This document shows positions 1 through 6,921 of a DNA stretch of 64,000 bases, one piece after another. Made by a program: the position numbers and the translations under genes. Numbering within the stretch: the stretch's first letter is position 1; every line of letters starts with the position of its first letter. Below the pieces are notes generated by a model. The model saw only the letters and a program-made list of their open reading frames with translations. It searched no databases and was not told the origin of the DNA. This DNA is from a virus (taxonomy: Duplodnaviria; Caudoviricetes), in IMG/VR virus record IMGVR_UViG_3300037067_017580, positions 1 to 64,000 of that record, one strand, 5' to 3'.

Positions 1-1
1 T

Positions 2-127
2 AGTCTTATAGTTCTGTTAGAAGCAATGGGCGCAACAGAAGAACAAATCCATGCTGAAACTCCTCCTGAGTGGAGAAATGACATTGAAGCTATTCATGAA
101 AAAAGATTAGTAATAGAAGAAAAATAA
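2..127 (+). CDS. 3' end of a hypothetical protein (truncated by window edge)
   Basis: Open frame ...LLEAMGATEEQIHAETPPEWRNDIEAIHEKRLVIEEK* ending 1 nt before the next ATG. Confidence 0.5.
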   Translation, partial: SLIVLLEAMGATEEQIHAETPPEWRNDIEAIHEKRLVIEEK

Positions 128-128
128 C

Positions 129-554
129 ATGCATTTTATAAATATCCCACAAATAGCCGCAGAGAGACAGGAATTAGCACAAGAACCATATGTGTTGATT
201 TCGATAACCGACAAAGAATCGGATAAAATTAGCCACGATTTTCCAAACTGTAAGGACATCCTTAGACTTTATTTTTACGATTTAGAAGAAACAATCGAAG
301 GTTACGACTATAACGTATTTACAAAAGAAATAGCGGCTCTTGTTCGAGAATTTATAGAGAAGTACAAACAGTTGAAGTTTATTTTTGTTCAATGTCATGC
401 CGGAATTAGCCGTTCGGCTGGGATCGCTGCGGCACTAAATAAGTTCTACAACGGAAAAGATAAATTTTATTTTGATAAATATTTACCCAATAAACTTTGC
501 TATAGGCTGATGTTAGAAGAACTACAATTTTATAATTTGAAAGCATTAGAATAA
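129..554 (+). CDS. Cys-based protein-tyrosine/dual-specificity phosphatase family protein
   Basis: CX5R P-loop VQCHAGISRSAGIAAAL. Confidence 0.85.
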   Translation: MHFINIPQIAAERQELAQEPYVLISITDKESDKISHDFPNCKDILRLYFYDLEETIEGYDYNVFTKEIAALVREFIEKYKQLKFIFVQCHAGISRSAGIAAALNKFYNGKDKFYFDKYLPNKLCYRLMLEELQFYNLKALE

Positions 555-566
555 CAACATAATTAC

Positions 567-642
567 GAACGGCAAGCGTCTGGTCGGCCTGCAGATTCTT
601 ATAAAGTCAGCGTGGAGAGTTCGATTCTCTCACCGTTCACCA
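567..642 (+). tRNA. tRNA-Ile(UAU), atypical D-arm
   Basis: 76 nt; acceptor GAACGGC/ACCGTTC (one mismatch), anticodon loop CT-TAT-AA, T-arm GAGAG-TTCGATT-CTCTC, encoded CCA. Confidence 0.7.
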
Positions 643-649
643 ATTTTTC

Positions 650-732
650 AGCCGGGTGTCGGAATGGCAGACGAAAAAGATTTAAAATCTTTCGGGAGAA
701 ATCTCGTGTGGGTTCAAGTCCCACTCCGGCTA
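650..732 (+). tRNA. tRNA-Leu(UAA)
   Basis: Acceptor AGCCGGG/TCCGGCT, anticodon arm AAAGA-TTTAAAA-TCTTT, long variable arm, T-arm GTGGG-TTCAAGT-CCCAC; no encoded CCA. Confidence 0.92.
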
Positions 733-759
733 TTATATTTTTTTGGAGGAGTATATAAT

Positions 760-951
760 ATGACAGTTAAAGAATTAATTGAAGCTTTGAAAAATTATCC
801 TGAAGACTTGGAGGTTTATAGATTTGTTCCAGGTTTTTATGATGATTATTATGATGAAATTTATAATGTAAAAGTAACATATTTAGATAAGTGGAGTGAA
901 AAATATGAAACATCACAAGAAAATGGTAAAAAAGTGATATTGGTTGAATAA
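760..951 (+). CDS. Small hypothetical protein, MTVKELI..L...PED family (paralog 1)
   Basis: GGAGG RBS before ATG 760 (track start 664 lies inside tRNA-Leu); N-terminus similar to the next ORF. Confidence 0.75.
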   Translation: MTVKELIEALKNYPEDLEVYRFVPGFYDDYYDEIYNVKVTYLDKWSEKYETSQENGKKVILVE

Positions 952-969
952 TTTTGGGAGGAGAAAAAA

Positions 970-1167
970 GTGACTGTCAAAGATTTAATTACAGAATTAC
1001 GCAGACTTCCAGAAGACATGAATATATACACAGAGGGGGATATAGAATATTTCGGACAGACACTTAATTCTGTTTTTTCTTTCAACGTAATTAATGTAGA
1101 AGATCATTTCGGACACAAACTTCCTTGTGATACAGAAACTGGCGAAAAAGGAATATTGATAAGTTAA
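970..1167 (+). CDS. Small hypothetical protein, MTVKDLI..L...PED family (paralog 2)
   Basis: GGAG RBS, GTG start; similar N- and C-termini to 760..951. Confidence 0.75.
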   Translation: MTVKDLITELRRLPEDMNIYTEGDIEYFGQTLNSVFSFNVINVEDHFGHKLPCDTETGEKGILIS

Positions 1168-1189
1168 TATAAGAAAATAGAATTTTTAT

Positions 1190-1217
1190 TTGACTTTTGT
1201 ACACGTTGTGTTATAAT
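1190..1217 (+). promoter_or_regulatory. Sigma70-type promoter, 16-bp spacer, extended -10
   Basis: TTGACT-N16-TATAAT with TGn, intergenic, upstream of an AGGAG RBS. Confidence 0.8.
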
Positions 1218-1240
1218 AAGAAAATAAGGAGAAAACAAAA

Positions 1241-1444
1241 ATGGAAAACCAAACAAAAATTGTTCACAATTATCGCAGCTATGGGTGTGTTGGAGCTATT
1301 ATTGCTGTTATTCTATCATGGATTGCTAATCACTCTGTGGGCTGGTGTATTCTACATTTTTTTTGTGGCTGGCTTTATGTTGTGTATTGGGCGATTTGTA
1401 AGACTGCTCTTTATCCGTGGTTGGTATCTGTTTGTAATAATTAG
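1241..1444 (+). CDS. Small membrane protein
   Basis: AGGAG RBS; two hydrophobic segments. Confidence 0.75.
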   Translation: MENQTKIVHNYRSYGCVGAIIAVILSWIANHSVGWCILHFFCGWLYVVYWAICKTALYPWLVSVCNN

Positions 1445-1472
1445 TAATTTTGGGCTAAACAAGGAGTAAAAA

Positions 1473-1673
1473 ATGAATAGAGATACAGGGTTTTGGACAA
1501 TATTAATTTGTGTTATTATTATGTTTACTGCTTTTATATTCGGGGATATGCATGCAACAAACAGAATTCAAAAAGAAGCAATTAAAGCAAATGTAGCCAA
1601 ATACCAAATAGATGAAAAAACGGGGGAAACAAAATTTATTTTTCTAACCCCGGCTGAAAAGGAAACAAAATGA
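1473..1673 (+). CDS. Small protein with N-terminal membrane anchor
   Basis: AGGAG RBS; hydrophobic residues 7-24. Confidence 0.7.
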   Translation: MNRDTGFWTILICVIIMFTAFIFGDMHATNRIQKEAIKANVAKYQIDEKTGETKFIFLTPAEKETK

Positions 1674-1760
1674 ATTATTTTTTGGGATATGCCGCTGTTG
1701 CATTTTTGTTTATTGTTGTGTGGCACAGAGCGAAGAAATTTCGTTAAAACAAGGCAAAAA

Positions 1761-1886
1761 ATGAATCACATTATTACTTTTTCCATAGCTTTTATAGTTT
1801 GTTTTTTTGTAATACATTGTTTTCTCGCCCCGTGGTTTGACAAGATAGCCGATAAATTTTGTAACTGGTTTCATAAAGGAAAATAA
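1761..1886 (+). CDS. Small membrane peptide
   Basis: AAGG before ATG 1761; hydrophobic N-half; packed with neighbours. Confidence 0.55.
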   Translation: MNHIITFSIAFIVCFFVIHCFLAPWFDKIADKFCNWFHKGK

Positions 1887-1889
1887 AAA

Positions 1890-2087
1890 ATGAAAAAACA
1901 AAATCTTTGGGCGTTAAGAGTAAAGTCAACAGGTAAAATTTGTTATAGCACGGCGCTTTTCCCTAGAAATTTTGATAGTTCTTTTTCTAACGATATTCTC
2001 CTTATCTTCCCTCGTAGATATGAGGCTCGACGGCACTTTAAAGAAAATAATTTGTCACATAGACAATATTTTATAGAAAAAATATAA
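1890..2087 (+). CDS. Small hypothetical protein, WA...F.xRxxAR family
   Basis: Motif shared with 16742, 44926 and 58217 ORFs. Confidence 0.7.
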   Translation: MKKQNLWALRVKSTGKICYSTALFPRNFDSSFSNDILLIFPRRYEARRHFKENNLSHRQYFIEKI

Positions 2088-2089
2088 AA

Positions 2090-2356
2090 ATGGATAAAAA
2101 AGAATTCGCCGCAAAAAGATGGGCAAAAGCCTTTCTTCAAGTAGAAGACGATTTTGATCGTGAAGAAGCAATAGATATGTTTATTGAGGTTTCTTTTGGC
2201 AATAGAAAAGTAATTATAAAAGAGTTTCTTCCAAATTTTGGTATTTTTTCAATTTATCCAAAAGATAGTGAATGTTGCTTTAGTATGGGACAATTTGACA
2301 CAGAGAAAGAAGCAAAACAATTTTGTAAAGATATTGGATGGAAAATAGCAAATTAA
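2090..2356 (+). CDS. Hypothetical protein
   Basis: ORF packed 2 nt after upstream stop. Confidence 0.7.
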   Translation: MDKKEFAAKRWAKAFLQVEDDFDREEAIDMFIEVSFGNRKVIIKEFLPNFGIFSIYPKDSECCFSMGQFDTEKEAKQFCKDIGWKIAN

Positions 2357-2418
2357 TGCTTCTATTTTTAATTTTTCCCACCCTTTCGCTTTTTATTAAC
2401 TTTTTTTAAAAAAAGTTA

Positions 2419-2446
2419 TTGACAAATACAAATCATCTGATATAAT
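2419..2446 (+). promoter_or_regulatory. Sigma70-type promoter, 16-bp spacer, extended -10
   Basis: TTGACA-N16-TATAAT with TGn. Confidence 0.85.
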
Positions 2447-2452
2447 CCGCTT

Positions 2453-2560
2453 ATGAATAAAGAAAATAATAAATTCACAATTGAAGATTTTTGCGCATTA
2501 CTTCTTGCTTTTGCGATGTTCTTTTTGTTTATTTGCTGTGCGATAAGATGTCAATGGTAA
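2453..2560 (+). CDS. Putative leaderless small membrane peptide (35 aa)
   Basis: ATG 7 nt after the -10 box, no SD; MNKENNKFTIEDFCALLLAFAMFFLFICCAIRCQW. Confidence 0.45.
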   Translation: MNKENNKFTIEDFCALLLAFAMFFLFICCAIRCQW

Positions 2561-2594
2561 TTTTAAAATTTAAAATATTTTTTCCAAAAAGATA

Positions 2595-2622
2595 TTGACA
2601 AAACTAAAACTTATGGTATACT
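2595..2622 (+). promoter_or_regulatory. Sigma70-type promoter, 16-bp spacer, extended -10
   Basis: TTGACA-N16-TATACT with TGn. Confidence 0.8.
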
Positions 2623-2629
2623 ATAAATA

Positions 2630-2868
2630 TAATAATTAAACACATGGACAAAGGAGATAAAAGTGGTCAAGCATAGTATAAAGTAGCGCGGGACGCGCAA
2701 GGGACTATGAATAGCGGGGTATAAATAGTCTATCACCAAAGATAATTCCTGCAAACGGATATCCGTGAAACAAAAGCTTTTCTGGTTGAAGTTTGTTTTA
2801 GGTCGTCCGGCTAAGACAGCCGATGAGGAGGTTGTACCAACTCAATAAGGAAAACCAGAACGTTTTTT
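2630..2868 (+). ncRNA. Candidate structured RNA or leader
   Basis: Non-coding, GC-enriched; helices CATAGT/ACTATG, GCGCG/CGCGC, ACGG/CCGT, TTCTGGTT/AACCAGAA, CGGCT/AGCCG; ends in a T-run. Confidence 0.4.
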
Positions 2869-2909
2869 AATCAATTTTTGTATATTTTTAAATTAAAAGG
2901 AGAAACAAA

Positions 2910-3158
2910 ATGGTTACGCCTGAAGTTATGATCGCGGTAGCGAACGCAGTTACTGAACAGAAGAAGTCGGCAATCGAATCTGTCAACGTTGCACTGGAGT
3001 CGGCGCAGGGGCTTTATGATATGCTCCAGACCGAGAAAGTGCCGAGCGGCAAGGAAATTTCTGCGGCTTATCAGAAGATGGCCGGAATGAAAAAGGCTCT
3101 GTCTACTCTTTCCAAGGCTCACAAAGCTCATTCGGCTCTCACAAAGGCCAATAGCTGA
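2910..3158 (+). CDS. Hypothetical helical protein with markedly GC-richer codons
   Basis: AAGGAG RBS; G/C-ending codons (gcg, aag, cag, ctc, atc) unlike the rest of the window. Confidence 0.8.
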   Translation: MVTPEVMIAVANAVTEQKKSAIESVNVALESAQGLYDMLQTEKVPSGKEISAAYQKMAGMKKALSTLSKAHKAHSALTKANS

Positions 3159-3346
3159 ATAAGTTTTGTCTTTAGCTCTGTCTATTAGCGGAGAAAGAAA
3201 AAGTCACAAAAGTATTATAAAGCTCTCTTACAAATATTAGAGAGAAACTACGATCTAGTAGAACGTAGTAAGTTGAAATACTTTTGGGTAAAAAAGACCG
3301 TGCTCCTTACGCCTTAGAGGAGTTTATTTTCAAGAAAGTTATAAAA

Positions 3347-3649
3347 ATGGCAAACTGGCAAAGAAAACTAAGTCTAAAAGACATATATCACAAACAAAAC
3401 GAAGACGGATTTGTTAATTTTACTGAATTGGCGCACGAAATAGCCAGCCGCCTTGGTAAATTAGAAAAATTTAACATTAACGATATTGACGAAGAAAAAG
3501 AAAGACTTATTCAATATTTTAATGATTTTTCTGATTTGCAAGATTGTGAAGATTTTGATTTTTTAATGTCCGATTTGTATGACTGGGCAGATACTTCTCT
3601 TAATGGTATTTTTGCTGGTAAAAAAGTCTGTTGGGTTGAAACTTTTTAG
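3347..3649 (+). CDS. Hypothetical phage protein (acidic, ..LYDWAD..KKVCWV)
   Basis: In-frame ATG at 3347 preferred over track start 3284. Confidence 0.7.
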   Translation: MANWQRKLSLKDIYHKQNEDGFVNFTELAHEIASRLGKLEKFNINDIDEEKERLIQYFNDFSDLQDCEDFDFLMSDLYDWADTSLNGIFAGKKVCWVETF

Positions 3650-3658
3650 GAGAAAAAA

Positions 3659-3820
3659 ATGAATCTTCTTGACGCTATTATATCCCGCGAAGAATGTACC
3701 AAAGAAGAAGCGCAGGAAATTATCAATGAAATGAAAATGGAAGTCGCAGACGGAGAAAATGCAGAAGATGTTTTGCGCGAATACGGGTTTGAACCAGATT
3801 ATATTTTTGATTTGATTTAA
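3659..3820 (+). CDS. Small acidic hypothetical protein (..GFEPDYIFDL)
   Basis: AGGAG RBS, 53 aa; absent from the track. Confidence 0.7.
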   Translation: MNLLDAIISREECTKEEAQEIINEMKMEVADGENAEDVLREYGFEPDYIFDLI

Positions 3821-4048
3821 AAAGAAAGAAATATATGGGAAAAATTATTTGTTCACTAGCGTCTTTTCTTTCATTAATTTGTGCTTTTGTTAATTTGCAT
3901 TTAGGAAAAGAAAACGAAGCTATTTTTTGGGCTATTTTGTTTGGAGTGTATTATATTTCTGGAAAAATAGACGAATTAATTGCCAAAAAAATGGTTTAGC
4001 GGCTTTCTAAAACTAACCGGAACTTTAATAACAAACAAGGAGAAAAAC

Positions 4049-4255
4049 ATGGAAGATCTAGTTCAAATCAGTAGAGGGGAACTCCTTCGCTATCAAGCTA
4101 TTGAAAAAGCCGCAAAAGACGTAATTTCTCCTGATAATGTAACTTATGGTGTAAAAGATGTGGAAATTACTGAAAAATCATGGGCAGAACTACGAAAAGC
4201 GGTAGAAACTCCTGTTAATTCTTATGCCAATATATGGGCGGATGACGGAAAGTAA
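4049..4255 (+). CDS. Hypothetical protein
   Basis: AAGGAG RBS before ATG 4049. Confidence 0.65.
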   Translation: MEDLVQISRGELLRYQAIEKAAKDVISPDNVTYGVKDVEITEKSWAELRKAVETPVNSYANIWADDGK

Positions 4256-4350
4256 TATTTTTACCTGTTTAGCGGTTGTTTTATAGTTTTGTCCGCTCAC
4301 CAACGAGTAGCTGGTTTCAGCACGTTTAAAAAAAATAAAACTATATTTTT

Positions 4351-4560
4351 TCTTGACAATTAGTAAAATAGTCAACTACTCCTCGCTGAAGCAAAGGAGC
4401 TTGCAGAAAAATAGCAAACTTTCTACGATTGGCCTGTTGACGATGGCCTGCCAATTAGGTTTAATTTGCCATCGAGTGGCTCACTAAACGAAATCGGGAG
4501 TTTATCATTAGTTTTCGAGTAACGTTGAGTAATGTTTATCGCAGCATTCCAGTCTGCATC
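4351..4560 (-). ncRNA. Predicted TnpB omega/reRNA (scaffold plus guide; 5' limit approximate)
   Basis: Minus strand after the tnpB stop reads CAAGCTCCTTTGCTTCAGCGAGGAGTAGTTGAC, an IS200/605 right-end hairpin, followed by flank TATTTTACTAATTGTCAAGA. Confidence 0.55.
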
Positions 4561-5679
4561 AAAAACTTTGCCATCACTCGCGAAATAACGACAACCTTGG
4601 CGTTTACCCTTTTCTAAACCTCTGTAGTCGTCGCGAGAGGTCATGTAGGGGCTAACCGTTTCTACCCTTTTACCCAAGGATAGTGCCTTGTATGCCAGAA
4701 TGGCGCGGAACATAAAATAAGGGACTTGAGAATTTCGGTTATTGAAAGATTTGCGCATTTTACCTTTTTTATTCTGTTTAAGGTTTGTCAAATCTTCCAT
4801 AACAATAACATCTGTGGTGGTTTTAAGAATTTTATTTGCTATTTGGTGACACATTTGTTTATTTTTGTTAGTTTGCTTTTTTCGGATATTTTTTAACCTT
4901 GTTTTTGCCGAATGGGAGTGTTTTGCTTTAGATTGAAGTTGCCGTTTTATAAATCGTAACTTACGCATTTCATCAGCAAACTTTTTATTTTTAAAAGCGT
5001 CACCCTCGCTGGTTGTAACAAAACGCTTAATTCCCATGTCTAAGCCGATACATCTTTTTTCAACATGGAGAGGAACGGGAAGTTCAAAAGGAATTGAAAG
5101 ATATAGTTGTCCATCTTTTTCAAAGATTTTAGGGTCGCACATTCGGTAACTTTTGAACATTTCTTCAAGTCGTGGATAAAGGAGTATTTTAAAGCGTTTT
5201 CTGCCGTCGATTGTGGTCATACTGAACTCGTTGGTGTCAGTCATGCGGAAAATCCGCGCGTCAAGCTGAACCGAAAGTTTTTTCTTAATAGGAGCAGCTT
5301 CTAAGGTTTTAAGCTTTCTATTTGATTTTATGGAACGAAACGCTGACAAAACCGCCTGTTCTGCCTTTATTACAAGCTGAGAATTTGCACTTGGGTATTT
5401 TTTTCTCATATTATAGTAATGTACTTTGTGAAAATCTTTAGTTGAGGGAACCTTATTGCTAGTTCTTGCTTTTTCAAAAAGACACAGCGATAGGTCGTTC
5501 CAAATTTGATCGTGAAGCTTCATAGTTTGGACTGCAAAAACGGTAGATTCTGCGTCACTGATTATTTTTGTGTTATATGTTAAAATATTTTTAGGCACAT
5601 CCATTATTTTTGTTCTCATACTTGAATATACACAATTTTTATGTTTTTTTTTAGAAGCTTCTTGACTTTTTTAAAAATT
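4371..5679 (-). mobile_element. TnpB-only IS200/IS605-family (IS1341-like) element; left boundary inferred
   Basis: Antisense tnpB inside a + strand region; clear right end GTCAAC at 4371; no tnpA; no clear left-end hairpin. Confidence 0.55.
4423..5619 (-). CDS. tnpB: TnpB RNA-guided endonuclease
   Basis: RuvC motifs IGLDMG, VMEDL and DADWNAAINI all intact; 398 aa; Zn-finger Cys largely lost. Confidence 0.9.
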   Translation of the reverse strand: MRTKIMDVPKNILTYNTKIISDAESTVFAVQTMKLHDQIWNDLSLCLFEKARTSNKVPSTKDFHKVHYYNMRKKYPSANSQLVIKAEQAVLSAFRSIKSNRKLKTLEAAPIKKKLSVQLDARIFRMTDTNEFSMTTIDGRKRFKILLYPRLEEMFKSYRMCDPKIFEKDGQLYLSIPFELPVPLHVEKRCIGLDMGIKRFVTTSEGDAFKNKKFADEMRKLRFIKRQLQSKAKHSHSAKTRLKNIRKKQTNKNKQMCHQIANKILKTTTDVIVMEDLTNLKQNKKGKMRKSFNNRNSQVPYFMFRAILAYKALSLGKRVETVSPYMTSRDDYRGLEKGKRQGCRYFASDGKVFDADWNAAINITQRYSKTNDKLPISFSEPLDGKLNLIGRPSSTGQS

Positions 5680-5689
5680 ATACTATAAT
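5662..5689 (+). promoter_or_regulatory. Sigma70-type promoter for the tRNA cluster, 16-bp spacer
   Basis: TTGACT-N16-TATAAT. Confidence 0.7.
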
Positions 5690-5862
5690 ATAGGAGAAAT
5701 CGGCAATTCCTCTGCAAGCTAAAGCATAGCAGTTTCCTTGCCGAAAATTTTATGAATTTGAAAAACTTCCATATCCGAACATTCAAGGATGGATTAAAAA
5801 AGAAAAGGAAGAAGTAAAGCGGCTGGAAATGGTTAAAAAAGCACAAAATAAATAACAATAAC

Positions 5863-5937
5863 GTCCTCATAACACAACGAATAGTGTATGGCTCTTCTAA
5901 AGCCACAATCTAGGTTTGATTCCTAGTGGGGATACCA
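5863..5937 (+). tRNA. tRNA-Arg(UCU)
   Basis: Acceptor GTCCTCA/TGGGGAT, anticodon arm TGGCT-CTTCTAA-AGCCA, T-arm CTAGG-TTTGATT-CCTAG, CCA. Confidence 0.85.
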
Positions 5938-5946
5938 GAATAAAAC

Positions 5947-6022
5947 TCCTAGATACCATAATTGGTCATGGGTTTGTCTGTTAAACAAGAATATGTACGT
6001 TCAAGTCGTACTCTAGGAGCCA
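5947..6022 (+). tRNA. tRNA-Asn(GUU)
   Basis: Acceptor TCCTAGA/TCTAGGA, loop CT-GTT-AA, T-arm GTACG-TTCAAGT-CGTAC, G73, CCA. Confidence 0.9.
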
Positions 6023-6028
6023 ATATAT

Positions 6029-6102
6029 GCTGTCTTAGCTCAAATTGGTAGAGCAGTGGTTTCGTAAGCCGCAGGTTAAAGGTTCAAATCCTTTAGATAG
6101 CT
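6029..6102 (+). tRNA. tRNA-Thr(CGU)
   Basis: Acceptor GCTGTCT/AGATAGC, canonical D-arm, loop TT-CGT-AA, T-arm AAAGG-TTCAAAT-CCTTT; no CCA. Confidence 0.9.
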
Positions 6103-6120
6103 TTATTTTTTAAAAAACAG

Positions 6121-6148
6121 TTGACAACCAAAATAGTTCTGTTATAAT
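6121..6148 (+). promoter_or_regulatory. Sigma70-type promoter, 16-bp spacer, extended -10
   Basis: TTGACA-N16-TATAAT with TGn. Confidence 0.85.
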
Positions 6149-6175
6149 TCAAACATACTTAAAAGGAGAAAGAAA

Positions 6176-6409
6176 ATGATTAACATCTCGTATAACGGCA
6201 GGAACCTCAGTGGTAAATTCTACCATGTTAGGAAGATAAAGAACAACATGCTCTATAACCTTGGTGGGCAAACTCGGTGTGTCCTTACTGATGTCGAGAC
6301 TAAAGAAACATTTGAGGGGGTTGCTATTTGTAGCCGCAGGGATAATTTTTGCAAGAAGCAGGGGCGGACTTTGGCACTGGCAAAGGCACTAATCAATGCA
6401 AAACTTTAA
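6176..6409 (+). CDS. Hypothetical phage protein (AICSRRDNFCKKQGR motif), GC-richer codons
   Basis: AAGGAG RBS, first gene after a promoter. Confidence 0.75.
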   Translation: MINISYNGRNLSGKFYHVRKIKNNMLYNLGGQTRCVLTDVETKETFEGVAICSRRDNFCKKQGRTLALAKALINAKL

Positions 6410-6452
6410 TTTTAAACGATTTTTTAGATTTATACATTAAGGAACTTTAAAA

Positions 6453-6911
6453 ATGGATTGCATTCACGGAAAACAAAATTTTTGGTATGGCTACTACGAC
6501 GAAAAAAATGAAGAAGATGAGAAAAGAATTACAGATATCTCGGCAATGATAGAAAAAATTGTTTGTCGTAAGCCAGACATGGTTAAAAGTGGTTTTTGTC
6601 AAAAAATTATGTCAGATGTATATTTAACTGTCCAACAAGTAGATTTTTATAGAGATTGGGAAGAAATTATAAAAATAAACAAAAATGAAGAAAGATTTGA
6701 TTTTAGTCGTGCAATCACTGAATCTAAGTTGTTATATGTTTTGTCTCCTGGCAAAGAATCTTCAAAGGTAGGGTGGACAACATTAAACGAGTGGTGGAGA
6801 CATAATTATTACAAAAATAAATTTTTCTATCCCGATAGCTCTATTCTTGCCCCAGTTTTAAAAGCACTTAAAGATAATTTTTGTTTTGAACATTACAAAG
6901 AAACGGTTTAA
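6453..6911 (+). CDS. Hypothetical protein
   Basis: AAGG RBS, 152 aa. Confidence 0.7.
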   Translation: MDCIHGKQNFWYGYYDEKNEEDEKRITDISAMIEKIVCRKPDMVKSGFCQKIMSDVYLTVQQVDFYRDWEEIIKINKNEERFDFSRAITESKLLYVLSPGKESSKVGWTTLNEWWRHNYYKNKFFYPDSSILAPVLKALKDNFCFEHYKETV

Positions 6912-6921
6912 GGGAAATTTT

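Noticed and set aside
664-759. N-terminal extension of ORF 664..951
   Set aside because: It lies inside tRNA-Leu; a GGAGG RBS supports ATG 760.
2685-2735. c-di-GMP-I riboswitch (GGGACGC and TAGCGGGGT words)
   Set aside because: The required upstream GCAAA-stem-GAAA hairpin and P2 are missing or in the wrong order.
2780-2860. Hammerhead ribozyme (GTC...CCGATGAG...GAAA)
   Set aside because: The core is CCGAUGA, stem I would be only 2 bp if the core is single-stranded, and there are 6- and about 20-nt insertions at conserved junctions. Kept only as a generic structured-RNA candidate.
4423-5619. Nuclease-dead TldR-type repressor (guide overlaps a promoter)
   Set aside because: All three RuvC catalytic residues (D, E, D) are present.
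5700-5855. ORF fragment FYEFEKLPYPNIQGW... needing TAG readthrough
   Set aside because: No start codon or RBS in frame, and it overlaps the promoter-proximal hairpin.
4256-5860. TnpB as Cas12f with a CRISPR array
   Set aside because: No repeat-spacer array is visible on either side or elsewhere in the window, and an IS200/605 right end is present instead.
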